From positions 2,046 through 66,045 of the forward strand of contig CAZNOH010000004.1 in NCBI GenBank assembly GCA_964574655.1: a stretch of DNA of 64,000 nucleotides, given 5' to 3'. This document shows, one piece after another, positions 1 to 9,835 of this stretch. How positions within the stretch are numbered: the first letter of the stretch is position 1; the number at the start of each line of letters is the position of its first letter. The position numbers and the translations under genes were made by a program. The notes below the pieces were generated by a model. That model worked only from the letters and a program-made list of their open reading frames with translations. It had not been told where the DNA came from and ran no database searches. This DNA is from an uncultured Candidatus Saccharibacteria bacterium (lineage in GTDB: Bacteria > Patescibacteriota > JABMPQ01 > JAQVVF01).

Positions 1-16
1 AACTATTTCCTATTTT

Positions 17-38
17 CCCTGCCTGCCGGCAGGGCAGG
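17..38. repeat. REP-like palindrome CCCTGCC-TGCCGGCA-GGGCAGG (related copy at 50324-50343)
   Basis: GC-rich palindrome right after the stop of the 1411-aa ORF; near-identical CCTGCCTACCGGCAGGCAGG at ~50324. Confidence 0.6.
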
Positions 39-40
39 TA

Positions 41-3000
41 TTAGCTATTAGCAAGTTTTTTTAATTCTAAATTCTGGCTGATAACTCCTTCTCTATCTCC
101 GCTAATATCTATTTTGTGCTGAGGCAATTCATAGCCTTGCTTTTGAGATGTAAGGACATATTTATCCTTGCCGACTAAGAAACCATAACGTCCATCTCCT
201 TTAGAAATATCAGCTAAAAGCATTCTTCCATACTTATTATCAAATAGCCTTATAACTGCTTGCGGTAAGGCCTTGTGATTGCTTTGATCAACTGTTTTGC
301 CCCATGAATTTTGACGCTTAACCGCTAATTTTCTGAATACTAGCAATAATATGATGTCAAATACAAAGAGTGCTCCGGTTAGAATGGATGGACTAATGAT
401 TAAGCAAATTAATCCAACGATCGGACCAAATATCGCAACGAAATGATTAAATTTGTGTTGCTTTAAGACTTTTAATAATTGACTATCTGCTTTTTTGATG
501 ACTTCTTTTGGCAGGGTTTCTAAATCATTGATATTTTTAATTGGCGTGGTGATAACTTTTGATGGATTGACTGGATTCTGGAGATAGCCTTCTTGAGGAT
601 CAAGAGGAATATCAAATGAAACAACACCTTTTTCTTTTTGATCATTGCTGGATTGCACTGAGATTGTTTCACCGATATAAGTATTTTCTGCTTTTTTTGT
701 TAGCAAGCGAGAAGGAAACATATAGTAGGATTTTGCAACTGTTATAAAATAATCTCCGGGATCAACAATGAACAGATAACGGCCTTGAAAATCGGTAATT
801 CTGGTAGCTAAAAGCTTGTTAGTATTTTTATTAAACAATCTAACGATTGCCAAATCAATTGGCTGTTTGGTTAATGAATTATAGACAATTCCCCATCTTT
901 TTCTTTTGCCAAAAAATAGAACTGGATGAGTGATGTATTGCAAAAGATATGCTAAATATGGAAGCAAGGCATTAACAAAAGGAACTGCAGCTAAAAGACC
1001 TAGGGCTGTTATCGCTGTCATGATCGGAGCAACATATTTTTTTGCAATTTCTTGCAGGGTCTTATTTTCAAGAAACTTTTGGATATCTTTGATTATTTTG
1101 ACGGTACCATCAATAATATTTTTTGGTATTTTTTCTTCTATAATCTTTATAATTTCAGGTTTTTTTGGTTCCGGCTTTTTTGGTTCAGGTTTTGGTTTTA
1201 CTGGTCCGCCAAATGCAGAGCCAGAAACTGTGTTAGAAACAATATTACTTTCAGTAAATATTATACCAGGATTATAACTGCCAATGCCCTTATTTTCGAT
1301 AACGGTTCCGAAAGGAACAAAATTGTTTACTTGAACTTGGAACTGAATAGAGCCAGAAGTATTTGGATTGACTTGACCTAAATCGACAGTGATTGCGCCT
1401 GGATTTGTTTGATTATAATCTGTATTGTCATTATCTCTAAAATCTGAACGGCTAGCTCCATTTACTACAATCGAATTAGCAATATAACGAGTTGATGAAG
1501 AAATCGGATCAACTACTCTTAAATCGGTAGTTTCTTTTGCCCCTTGATTTGAATAGTCAATTCTGTATGTAATAAAATCACCGCGTGAAATTGCAGAAGC
1601 TCTAGTTCCAATTCCTATAAATAATTCAACTATTAAACATAAAGCAATAATAATTGAAACTGTTGAACAGAAAGCTTTCTGTTTTTTGAATAAATATCTA
1701 AATGTTTGCGATAACTTTCTTCTATTCTTAAAGAAGGAAATTATAAAATAAACAAACGAAACTACTGACCAGAATATTATGATGATAAATAATATAAGAC
1801 TAGTTTTTGATTTTATATTGAAATTGCTAATAAAAGACGTTGCACTTTTAAGCATTGAACTGCCGCTGCTTGATGCACCAGATGCAATTGGCGAGATGCC
1901 GTAAGTTTTTGTAAGTGAAATAAATGGACTTGTTGAAGTAATAATGTATAGCTCGGTATGAACTCCTTCTTTATTACCTGCTCCATCAACACCAAAAAAT
2001 TTTAAGGTAGTATTTTGACTGATCAATATTTTGCCATCATAAACGTTAGAATTTTCTGTTGGCTCTCTGCCATCTGTTGTGAAATAAATTGTGGCTGGTT
2101 TGTTTGAAGATAATGTAACTGCTTGCGGATTATCATAAACTCCACCTTGCGGATTAGCTTGTGTTTCTGGAGCTTCGTAGTCAAAAGTATAAACCTCTTC
2201 TTTTGTGTCAGAAACATTTCCGTATAAATCATTGCCGTAAAACTTTAAAGTAGTATTGCTATTAATATGAATAGCGCCAAGATAATTTGTTCCATTTACT
2301 TTTGGATCGTCGCCATTTGTCGTATATTTAATTTTTCCAATTTGTTCATTAGCTGTAAGCGTAACACCGATCGGACCATTGAATGATCCACCGCGCGGAT
2401 GAGCAGTGATTATTGGTGCGGTGAAATCTAATGACACGGTTGTTGATTTTGTGCCAATATTGCCAGCTGTATCTCTAGCAGTTGCAACAACTGGATCAGC
2501 ACCTTCATTTTCTGTGCCTTGAACACGATAAGAATATCTGATTGATTGAGCGCCGGCTTGAGCATTGTTTGTGGTTGCAGAATTGCCATCTACTGTCACG
2601 GTTGGATTTTCTGACTGAGTGCCATTTATACTGACCGTGATTCTAAGCTCAGTATTTTTTCTACCACGACTTGGCAATACAGAAACATTGCTAATGACTG
2701 GCGCGACATTATCAAGACTGAAGCTAGCAGAAGAAACTGCTGTGCCATTATAAGCCAAGTCATTTGGCGTGACACGAATCATCACACTATTTGAACTAGT
2801 ATTTGGAAGATTAGATTTTGAAGTCCAAACAACATTAACTGTGTTTGGGACTGAAGATGTTGTAGTTGTAATATAACCGGCAGCTGTACCGACTTGATAG
2901 TCAGCGCTATTATTTATCTTTGGATCGCCATAAGTTGCAGTTGTATCTGCGTCAGCTGTTGATAATGTAACTTTGTCGCTCCATGTAGCACCGTTGTCTG

Positions 3001-4276
3001 TTGAATATTCTAGTCTTGCTCGAACATTATTTTGATCTGGATCATTGACTTTGAATGAAATATCGACATTACCTGTGCCATCTAATCTTTGAGATGTGGT
3101 AACACTTCCTGATGTTACAACTGGTCTTAGATCTGTTCTATAAATATAGCCAGTTCCAGATCTTCCTGTACCAGCGAAAAGATAATTATTGTATTTACTT
3201 AAAGTCCAAACTTGCGTTGCAGCTGCTTCGTTGAAATTATCGTCATTAATTTGATCAAAAGCAGCACCATCTTTGGTATGCCAAACTGTACCTAGCAAAT
3301 TCAAGTTGCTTCCAGAGCCAATATAAAAATCATCACTGTCAACTAGCATAGTGCCGAATGCACCAATATTTTTTCCAAAACCGCTGCTTCCGACTTGCGT
3401 CCAAGACCCAACAGCGCCTGTTGAAGTCTCCCAAACTTGGCCTAATCCCCCGCCAGATCTTCTTGTTCCGGCATAAAGCTTGTTATTATATTCAGCTAAA
3501 GACATTACCTCAACATTTGTTCCACTGCCAAAACCGTCATTGTTTGAAAATGCCCAATCAGTGCCATCGCAAGTCGTACACGACCAAATTTCATTAGCAG
3601 TTACATTTATGGTTCCGACATATAATTTGTTGCCAAAACTAGTCATGCTTGAAGCACGAGTATTACTGGTATCACCAAAACCAACTGCACCATCAACTTC
3701 TACCCAATTAGCTGATCCGCATCCACTGGCAAGTGAACAACGATACATTTCAAGACCTGCTCCATTGTTAGTGCCAGCGTAAAGATAACCGTTGAATGAA
3801 TAGAGTGATGAGATAATGTCATTTGCGAATGTGCCATCTATGCCATGAGAGCTCGCTGTAGCCCAATCTCCAGGCGCGTCACAGCCAGTTGATGAGGCGC
3901 ATTTGAAAACAACTCCTCCTGCAGCATTTGTAGTTCCGGTAAATAACGTGCTATTAAATTCTGCGAATGAATTAATGATCGTATTTTCATTGGCAATGAA
4001 ACCACTTGTATTGACTTGTGTAAAATTGATGCTATCTGTAGACATTAGAACTCTTGCGCCACTACCTGATGCATCAGCTGTGCCAACATATAGCTTGTCG
4101 TCAAATACAATACTGCGATTATATTGCTGGTCTGCAACGTTTGAATAAATATTTTGCCAAGTCAAAACATAGGCATCTATTTTTTTGGAAAAATAAAATT
4201 CGCTTACGAAAATAAGCAAAAATATTATGCCTAAAATTATTGGGAAAATAAGCCAACTCTTGTTTCGCTTTTTCAT
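41..4276 (-). CDS. Large membrane-anchored surface protein (beta-propeller, Ig-like/chitobiase C-terminal repeats, DUF11-like, carboxypeptidase-regulatory-like domains)
   Basis: 1411-aa ORF; N-terminal TM; repeated 'YNxxLYAGT' blades; two 'IxY/FTTxGxxP...TTLKF' repeats; 'ITYRIDYSNQG' DUF11-like; two 'TDxxGRYxF'-type domains; several internal TMs. Confidence 0.7.
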   Translation of the reverse strand: MKKRNKSWLIFPIILGIIFLLIFVSEFYFSKKIDAYVLTWQNIYSNVADQQYNRSIVFDDKLYVGTADASGSGARVLMSTDSINFTQVNTSGFIANENTIINSFAEFNSTLFTGTTNAAGGVVFKCASSTGCDAPGDWATASSHGIDGTFANDIISSLYSFNGYLYAGTNNGAGLEMYRCSLASGCGSANWVEVDGAVGFGDTSNTRASSMTSFGNKLYVGTINVTANEIWSCTTCDGTDWAFSNNDGFGSGTNVEVMSLAEYNNKLYAGTRRSGGGLGQVWETSTGAVGSWTQVGSSGFGKNIGAFGTMLVDSDDFYIGSGSNLNLLGTVWHTKDGAAFDQINDDNFNEAAATQVWTLSKYNNYLFAGTGRSGTGYIYRTDLRPVVTSGSVTTSQRLDGTGNVDISFKVNDPDQNNVRARLEYSTDNGATWSDKVTLSTADADTTATYGDPKINNSADYQVGTAAGYITTTTSSVPNTVNVVWTSKSNLPNTSSNSVMIRVTPNDLAYNGTAVSSASFSLDNVAPVISNVSVLPSRGRKNTELRITVSINGTQSENPTVTVDGNSATTNNAQAGAQSIRYSYRVQGTENEGADPVVATARDTAGNIGTKSTTVSLDFTAPIITAHPRGGSFNGPIGVTLTANEQIGKIKYTTNGDDPKVNGTNYLGAIHINSNTTLKFYGNDLYGNVSDTKEEVYTFDYEAPETQANPQGGVYDNPQAVTLSSNKPATIYFTTDGREPTENSNVYDGKILISQNTTLKFFGVDGAGNKEGVHTELYIITSTSPFISLTKTYGISPIASGASSSGSSMLKSATSFISNFNIKSKTSLILFIIIIFWSVVSFVYFIISFFKNRRKLSQTFRYLFKKQKAFCSTVSIIIALCLIVELFIGIGTRASAISRGDFITYRIDYSNQGAKETTDLRVVDPISSSTRYIANSIVVNGASRSDFRDNDNTDYNQTNPGAITVDLGQVNPNTSGSIQFQVQVNNFVPFGTVIENKGIGSYNPGIIFTESNIVSNTVSGSAFGGPVKPKPEPKKPEPKKPEIIKIIEEKIPKNIIDGTVKIIKDIQKFLENKTLQEIAKKYVAPIMTAITALGLLAAVPFVNALLPYLAYLLQYITHPVLFFGKRKRWGIVYNSLTKQPIDLAIVRLFNKNTNKLLATRITDFQGRYLFIVDPGDYFITVAKSYYMFPSRLLTKKAENTYIGETISVQSSNDQKEKGVVSFDIPLDPQEGYLQNPVNPSKVITTPIKNINDLETLPKEVIKKADSQLLKVLKQHKFNHFVAIFGPIVGLICLIISPSILTGALFVFDIILLLVFRKLAVKRQNSWGKTVDQSNHKALPQAVIRLFDNKYGRMLLADISKGDGRYGFLVGKDKYVLTSQKQGYELPQHKIDISGDREGVISQNLELKKLANS

Positions 4277-4361
4277 TATTTTATTGTTTGTTTTATTATA
4301 CTATTTTTTTGTTTTGTATACAATTTCGATTTGAGATAAAATTGAGGATAACTTTTCAGTC

Positions 4362-4492
4362 TTAATTTTCAATTTCTAATTTCTAATTTTTATTAAATTT
4401 TTAATTAACTAATTTCTAAACATCGACGACAGAAAAATATTTAAAAATTTAAACATTAAGAATTTATTAGAAATTGAAAATTAGAAATTAAA
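4362..4492. repeat. Empty heptamer-periodic inverted-repeat element (AATTTCT...AGAAATT)
   Basis: Tandem AATTTCT units on the left, reverse-complement units on the right, CGACGAC in the loop. Confidence 0.7.
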
Positions 4493-5780
4493 AATTCGTT
4501 CTTTGCCACTCTGCACTTTGACGAACTAACAGTTCTTGAGCTCTCTCTGGTTCAGCCATTAATTCTTTAGTTATTTTTTCCATTCTCATGCTTTGAGATC
4601 CTTTTATCAAAACTAAATCACCTGATTTTAAGATTTTGTTTTGAACAAAAAGTCCGGCTTCTTCTGAATTTTGAAATGTAAAAACTTTGTCTTTTGAAAA
4701 GCCAAGACTGATTGCTTCACTTGCAATATATTCGGATGCTTTGCCAACTGCGACAATATAATCTGCAGATTGAGAAGCTAATTTACCTATATCTTTATGG
4801 GCTTCAACTGTTAATGCGCCCAACTCTAACATGTCGGCTAGGCAAGCTATTTTTCTGCCAGATGTTTTTATTTCTTTTAAAGTATTTAAAGCTGACAACG
4901 TTGCTTCTGGAGAAGCATTATAGGTATCATCAATCAGATAAGATCCTTTAATGCCTGGAATTAGATTCATTCTGCCTCTTGGAGCTTTATAATCAAATAG
5001 CAGTTCTGAGATTTCAACTAAATTAATTTTCATTGAGATTGCACATGCAGCTGCTGCTAAAACGGCATAAATTTGAGTTTTACTAAAAATATTTTTCAGC
5101 CTGACTGGAACTTCTTTGCCTTGATAGCGCATTTTAAAATTATAGCCTTGCAAACTTTGTCCTTGAGAAAAATCTGCATTTAAAGATAAATTATCTGCTT
5201 GTAATTCTGATCCTTTAATAAAACCAAAAGTAATTGTTTTTGCTTTTGTTTGTTTTGCTGATAATCTGACGGCAATATCATCATAATTCAAAATTGCAGT
5301 ATCTGCTGAATTTAAGCAACTGATTATTTTTGCTTTTTCTAATAATAACTCTTTTGGACCTTTGAAAAATTCGACGTGAACTGGCCTTTTGCCGATAGCA
5401 GTTATAACAGAAATACTTGGCTTTGCTAAATCTAATAGATAATCCATATCATTCGGCTTGTCAACACCCATTTCTAAAACTAAAATTTTTGGATAATTTT
5501 TTGAACGAATTTGTTTTAGTCCAGAATTAAAAATCTTAAGCCAGCCAATAAGCGAACGGTTAGCTGTTTTTTTACCAATTATTGTTAACGGTAATCCGAT
5601 TTCATTATTATAATTTCCGATTGTTTTTCTGACAGAAAATTTATTTTTCAAAACATGATAAATCGCCTCAACTGTTCCAGTTTTTCCAACACTGCCAGTA
5701 ACGCCAATGATAATTGGTTTTTGATGTTTAATTATTGATTTCGAAATATTTCTTAATATTTTTTGGAGAATAGACTTCAT
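4488..5780 (-). CDS. murF: UDP-N-acetylmuramoyl-tripeptide--D-Ala-D-Ala ligase
   Basis: GVTGSVGKT, NYNNEIGLPLT, LEMG, IDDTYNASP, DMLELG, VLIKGS motifs. Confidence 0.93.
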   Translation of the reverse strand: MKSILQKILRNISKSIIKHQKPIIIGVTGSVGKTGTVEAIYHVLKNKFSVRKTIGNYNNEIGLPLTIIGKKTANRSLIGWLKIFNSGLKQIRSKNYPKILVLEMGVDKPNDMDYLLDLAKPSISVITAIGKRPVHVEFFKGPKELLLEKAKIISCLNSADTAILNYDDIAVRLSAKQTKAKTITFGFIKGSELQADNLSLNADFSQGQSLQGYNFKMRYQGKEVPVRLKNIFSKTQIYAVLAAAACAISMKINLVEISELLFDYKAPRGRMNLIPGIKGSYLIDDTYNASPEATLSALNTLKEIKTSGRKIACLADMLELGALTVEAHKDIGKLASQSADYIVAVGKASEYIASEAISLGFSKDKVFTFQNSEEAGLFVQNKILKSGDLVLIKGSQSMRMEKITKELMAEPERAQELLVRQSAEWQRTNF

Positions 5781-5783
5781 ATT

Positions 5784-6279
5784 AATAACTAAATAACTAA
5801 ATTATAAATAACAAAATTATTTTTTCTTTTCCCTGCCAAAATATATTGAACTCAATATTTTGATTATTTCCTGATATTCTTTTCCTAAATCGATGACTTC
5901 TTCTTTATTACCCAAATTAAGAGAATATAGCATTCTTAACCAACAATCAGTTTCACATGCTTCTTTTCTGGAAATGTTCAAGGAACTTTTGAAATCTTTA
6001 TAGGAATAACCACTACTTGCTTCTGTTAAATTCGCTACAACTGACATTGCTGATCTAATTATTTGCTTGCTGATTTCTTTTGCTTCAATTGAATAAGGAA
6101 TTTTCCTAGCCAATTTGATAACTCGAACTGCTGCTTTAAAACATCTCTGCCAAATATCTTTTTTCTTGTAATCTTTAGACCAAACCATAATCTTAATAAC
6201 TAAATGATAAATAACATAATGACAAAATACTTTAATTTATAATTCTTTTTGTTATTTATAATTTAGTAATTTAGTTATT
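5784..6279. mobile_element. Inverted-repeat cassette carrying a four-helix-bundle gene
   Basis: 33-bp inverted repeats (5784-5816 and 6247-6279, one mismatch) bracket ORF 5817-6188 between the ftsI stop and the murF start. Confidence 0.6.
5817..6188 (-). CDS. Four helix bundle protein (23S rRNA intervening-sequence protein family)
   Basis: QIIRSAMSVVANLTEA...FKSSLNISRKEACETDCWL signature. Confidence 0.88.
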   Translation of the reverse strand: MVWSKDYKKKDIWQRCFKAAVRVIKLARKIPYSIEAKEISKQIIRSAMSVVANLTEASSGYSYKDFKSSLNISRKEACETDCWLRMLYSLNLGNKEEVIDLGKEYQEIIKILSSIYFGREKKK

Positions 6280-8013
6280 TCAATCGCTCGGTGCTATTTG
6301 ATAGTATTTTAATAATTCTTGAGCAATAGATTTGAATGCTGGACCGGTTACTGATTCGGCCCATACATCTCCACCAGGATTATTTAATTTTACTAAAATT
6401 ACAAAACGAGGATATTTAATCGGACCGAAACCGACAAATGTTGTAATTTTTTTATTTGGATCATAGCCCTTGCCGTCAGCGCTTGGAACTTGAGCAGTAC
6501 CTGTTTTTCCAGCTATTTTATAACCCTCAACTCTGGCTGGCTGTCCAAAACCTTTTTCCATAACTGAAACCATCATTGCTGATAGAGTTTCCGCTGTTTC
6601 TGGTTTAATAACTTGACGGACAGCTTTTGGTTTTGTTGTTTCTTCTGAACCATCTGGCCTGATAACTTTTTTAACGATATATGGTTTTAATAAACGACCG
6701 CCATTTGCAATGCAAGCGATTGCATTTGCAAGCCTCAATGGCGTTGTAGCAATGCCTTGACCAAAACTCATTGTAGCAAAATCCATTTCCGACCATTCGT
6801 TTGGTTTTTTAACTACTGTGCCTATTTCTGTATCTAAGTCTATTCCAGAATTTTCATCAAAGCCATAGTTGATCAAGTAATCGTACATTTTTTCTTTTCC
6901 CAATGTTCTAGCAATTTGAACCATGCCGATATTGTTTGATTTTTCCAAAATCTGCGTGATTGTCAAATCTCCATATGCTTTTTTGTCAAAGTTTTGGATA
7001 GTATACTCGCCTATTTCCATCTTACCGTTATCATTAAATTTTGTATCTGGCGAAATTAAATTGGAATCTAAAGCCATAGAAACTATTAACGGCTTAAAAG
7101 CTGAACCAGGCTCATATTGTTCATAGATATTTGAGTTGCTAAAATCATTAACATTTGCAACGTTAGAATAATCATTCGGATCATAATCTGGATAGCCAGC
7201 CATGGCAATTATCGCGCCAGTCTGCGGATCCATGACAATTGCTGAACCGCTTTCAGCGCCATTTTTTTCAACAGCATCTTTAACAACTGTCTCAACTTTA
7301 TCCTGAATTAAGCGGTCAATTGTTAAAACAATATCGCTGCCATCTTCTGCACCTTGAACTAAATTTTTTGTACCAGAAATAATTTCACCTAGAGTATTTT
7401 TTTCACTTTGTAAAAAACCATTTTTTCCGGAAAGCGTATTGTCATAATATCCTTCAACTCCGTATTGCCCCTTTTTCTGATCATTGACAAAGCCAACAAA
7501 ACCTAAGATATGAGATCCTAAACTCTTGTCTGGATAGTATCTCCAGTCTTCGGTTTGATAGCTAATGCCAGAAAGATTAAGATTTTTAATTTGCTCAATA
7601 GTCTCACTTTCAACTTTATGCTTTATAGGAACATAAAGCCTTTCCTCGTCAGAAATTAAACCAAGAATTTCGTCTTTTGGCATTGAAAGCAGAGGTGTAA
7701 GCAAAATACTGGTAGCATTTTTATCTTCAACCTGCTTTGGGACAGCAAACACCAAATTCATTTTTTTGTTGATAGCTAGAGGATATAATTTTTTGGAAAA
7801 TTTATCTTCAACATAAATCTCGCCTCTTTCAGGAACAAGATCCTCAAACAAGCTATGTTGACCTGAAGCTAATGCTTCGTAATAACCGTATTTAACTACT
7901 TGTAAATTGAATAATCTAAAAACAATTGCAATAACAACGATGACAACTAAAACAAATAGAAAATTTAGGCGATCAAATATTCGGCTTTTTTTTTGCTTTT
8001 TATATTTATCCAC
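6280..8013 (-). CDS. ftsI: Cell division penicillin-binding transpeptidase (PBP3/FtsI-like)
   Basis: N-terminal TM, RGEIY, YEPGSAFK (SxxK), KSNN (SxN), AGKTGTAQ; dcw position after ftsL. Confidence 0.88.
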   Translation of the reverse strand: MDKYKKQKKSRIFDRLNFLFVLVVIVVIAIVFRLFNLQVVKYGYYEALASGQHSLFEDLVPERGEIYVEDKFSKKLYPLAINKKMNLVFAVPKQVEDKNATSILLTPLLSMPKDEILGLISDEERLYVPIKHKVESETIEQIKNLNLSGISYQTEDWRYYPDKSLGSHILGFVGFVNDQKKGQYGVEGYYDNTLSGKNGFLQSEKNTLGEIISGTKNLVQGAEDGSDIVLTIDRLIQDKVETVVKDAVEKNGAESGSAIVMDPQTGAIIAMAGYPDYDPNDYSNVANVNDFSNSNIYEQYEPGSAFKPLIVSMALDSNLISPDTKFNDNGKMEIGEYTIQNFDKKAYGDLTITQILEKSNNIGMVQIARTLGKEKMYDYLINYGFDENSGIDLDTEIGTVVKKPNEWSEMDFATMSFGQGIATTPLRLANAIACIANGGRLLKPYIVKKVIRPDGSEETTKPKAVRQVIKPETAETLSAMMVSVMEKGFGQPARVEGYKIAGKTGTAQVPSADGKGYDPNKKITTFVGFGPIKYPRFVILVKLNNPGGDVWAESVTGPAFKSIAQELLKYYQIAPSD

Positions 8014-8256
8014 AGGGTATGCTTAAAATTGGTCTTTTGAAAGACACTTAAAAATCTGTTAAGATGATAAGTGCTCTACTATTACTGCAAAGATATCTTG
8101 GCCAATTAGTCATTTATATTACCATACTTGCTTGTCTTATACACAGGCAATTGGTTATCCATTCATTTGGATAAGAAGCTTTATTTATCTAGTTAGTCGC
8201 TAGATTGTGGCCTTGTTTGTTAAGTGCAGTACTGGTAGAGTTTTTTTGTTGGATAA
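8006..8256. promoter_or_regulatory. Cluster of DnaA-box-like 9-mers upstream of ftsI
   Basis: TTATCCACA 8006-8014, TTATACACA 8137-8145, near matches at 8155, 8166 and 8248. Confidence 0.5.
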
Positions 8257-8279
8257 TATACGATTAAATTTGTTATATT

Positions 8280-8642
8280 TTATCTGTTCATGACAACAAC
8301 AGAATTGCCTATTTTATTTATATACACAATATTTTTTGTTTCAACAAGATTCAATTGTTTTGCTGATTGTTTGATATGATCCATTGATCGCAACTCAGCA
8401 GATTTAATTTCTAAATCTTTATTGTCTTGCTTGAGTTCTTCTGTTTTTTTATTAAGCTCTAGTACTTCATAGCTCTTTGTTTGAGATTGGAAAACCTGTG
8501 CTAAAAATAATAAGCCAAGAGCGCAGAATAAAACAACAGTTATTATAGATATTGTAACTGGACCAGCAGTTAATTTATTTTTAACTGTTTTGGTGCGATT
8601 TTTAGAATTTAAATTTTTGTTGACTGTTAAATAGTTTGACAT
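8280..8642 (-). CDS. ftsL: FtsL-like cell division protein
   Basis: Single TM followed by coiled coil ending 'AKQLNLV'; between rsmH and ftsI; ATG at 8642 preferred to TTG at 8663. Confidence 0.7.
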   Translation of the reverse strand: MSNYLTVNKNLNSKNRTKTVKNKLTAGPVTISIITVVLFCALGLLFLAQVFQSQTKSYEVLELNKKTEELKQDNKDLEIKSAELRSMDHIKQSAKQLNLVETKNIVYINKIGNSVVVMNR

Positions 8643-8727
8643 TTTATTTTTGTTTATGTTCAAGCGCTGATTGAACGCTGATTTTGAACGCCGATCAACG
8701 CTGATTTTTATATTTTTATTTTTCTTT

Positions 8728-8769
8728 GTCCGCCGAAGCTCTGAGCTTAAGCGAAGAGCGAAGGCGGAT
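8728..8769. repeat. REP-like hairpin TCCGCC...GGCGGA (relatives at ~15423, ~31768, ~40658)
   Basis: GTCCGCCGAAGCTCT...AGAGCGAAGGCGGAT hairpin; similar copies elsewhere in the window. Confidence 0.6.
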
Positions 8770-8782
8770 ATTTATTAAGTTT

Positions 8783-9745
8783 TTATATTTTTACGGCAAC
8801 CCGTAGTTTTGCTGATCTAGATTTTGAATTATTTTTGATTTCTGAATCAGTTGGTATTATTGGTTTTTTTGTCAATATTTTTAATGATGCTTTGTGATGA
8901 CATTGGCAAATTGGAATTTCTGGCGGACAAAGACATCCTTTGCTTTCAGCTCGAAAAAATTGTTTGACGATTCGATCTTCTAATGAATGGTAAGAGATAA
9001 CTGCAATTTTCCCTTTTTTTTCAATTACTTTTGTTGCATCTTTTAAGGCGTTTGAAATATTTTCTAATTCATTATTAACCGCAATTCTGATAGCTTGAAA
9101 AACTTGGGCTAGATATCTATTTCTGACTCTTTCTGGAACAAGCATCTTTATTGTATCAGCCAATTCAGAGCTCGTTTTTATTTTGCCTTCTGTTCTCTTG
9201 CTTATTATTGCTGAGGTAAGTTTTCGATAATTTTGTATTTCACCAAAATTTCTAAAAATATTCATCAGCTCTTCTTCTTTAGCTTCGTTGATTATTTGGA
9301 ATGCTGATCTGTGTTTTCTCGTTGCTTCGTCAAATTTCATATCTAGCTTTCCCTCTGTTTGAAAAGAAAATCCGCGAGAGCTTTGAAGCTGATAAGTTGA
9401 TAGGCCTAGATCGAATAGAATGCCAGAAATTGGAAAAAACTTGTTTTCGTTAACTATTTTTTCTATTTCTTTAAAATTTTTATTGATAAAAATAATTCTG
9501 TCTTTGTCACCCTTTGGGTGATCACCCGTAGGGTGATATTTTTCTAATCTCTTTGATGCTCTGATAATTGCGTCTTGGTCTAGATCAAATGCCATTACTT
9601 TTCCATTCGGGCCAATCTTTTCTAACAATAATTGCGTGTGTCCGCCATCGCCCAATGTTGCATCTATATAATTTTGATTTGGTCTTGGATTGAAATAATC
9701 AAGTATTTCTTTTGAAAGGACTGGCACGTGGTAATTGTTTTGCAT
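8783..9745 (-). CDS. rsmH: 16S rRNA m4C1402 methyltransferase
   Basis: HVPVL, DATLGDGGH, DLGLSTYQL, FQAIRIAVNNEL, SYHSLEDRIVK, SRSAKLR. Confidence 0.96.
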   Translation of the reverse strand: MQNNYHVPVLSKEILDYFNPRPNQNYIDATLGDGGHTQLLLEKIGPNGKVMAFDLDQDAIIRASKRLEKYHPTGDHPKGDKDRIIFINKNFKEIEKIVNENKFFPISGILFDLGLSTYQLQSSRGFSFQTEGKLDMKFDEATRKHRSAFQIINEAKEEELMNIFRNFGEIQNYRKLTSAIISKRTEGKIKTSSELADTIKMLVPERVRNRYLAQVFQAIRIAVNNELENISNALKDATKVIEKKGKIAVISYHSLEDRIVKQFFRAESKGCLCPPEIPICQCHHKASLKILTKKPIIPTDSEIKNNSKSRSAKLRVAVKI

Positions 9746-9835
9746 ATTAGTAAATCATGTTAGTAACTTAGGTACTTAGTTTCTTAGGGCTTAGGGTTCT
9801 TTCCCTAAGTACCAAAGGAACCAAGCCCTAAGCAA

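Noticed and set aside
5817-6188. Diversity-generating retroelement (Avd-like protein)
   Set aside because: No reverse transcriptase and no template/variable repeat pair seen in the window.
8006-8280. Replication origin
   Set aside because: Only two consensus DnaA boxes, no dnaA/dnaN nearby and no switch in gene orientation bias across the site.
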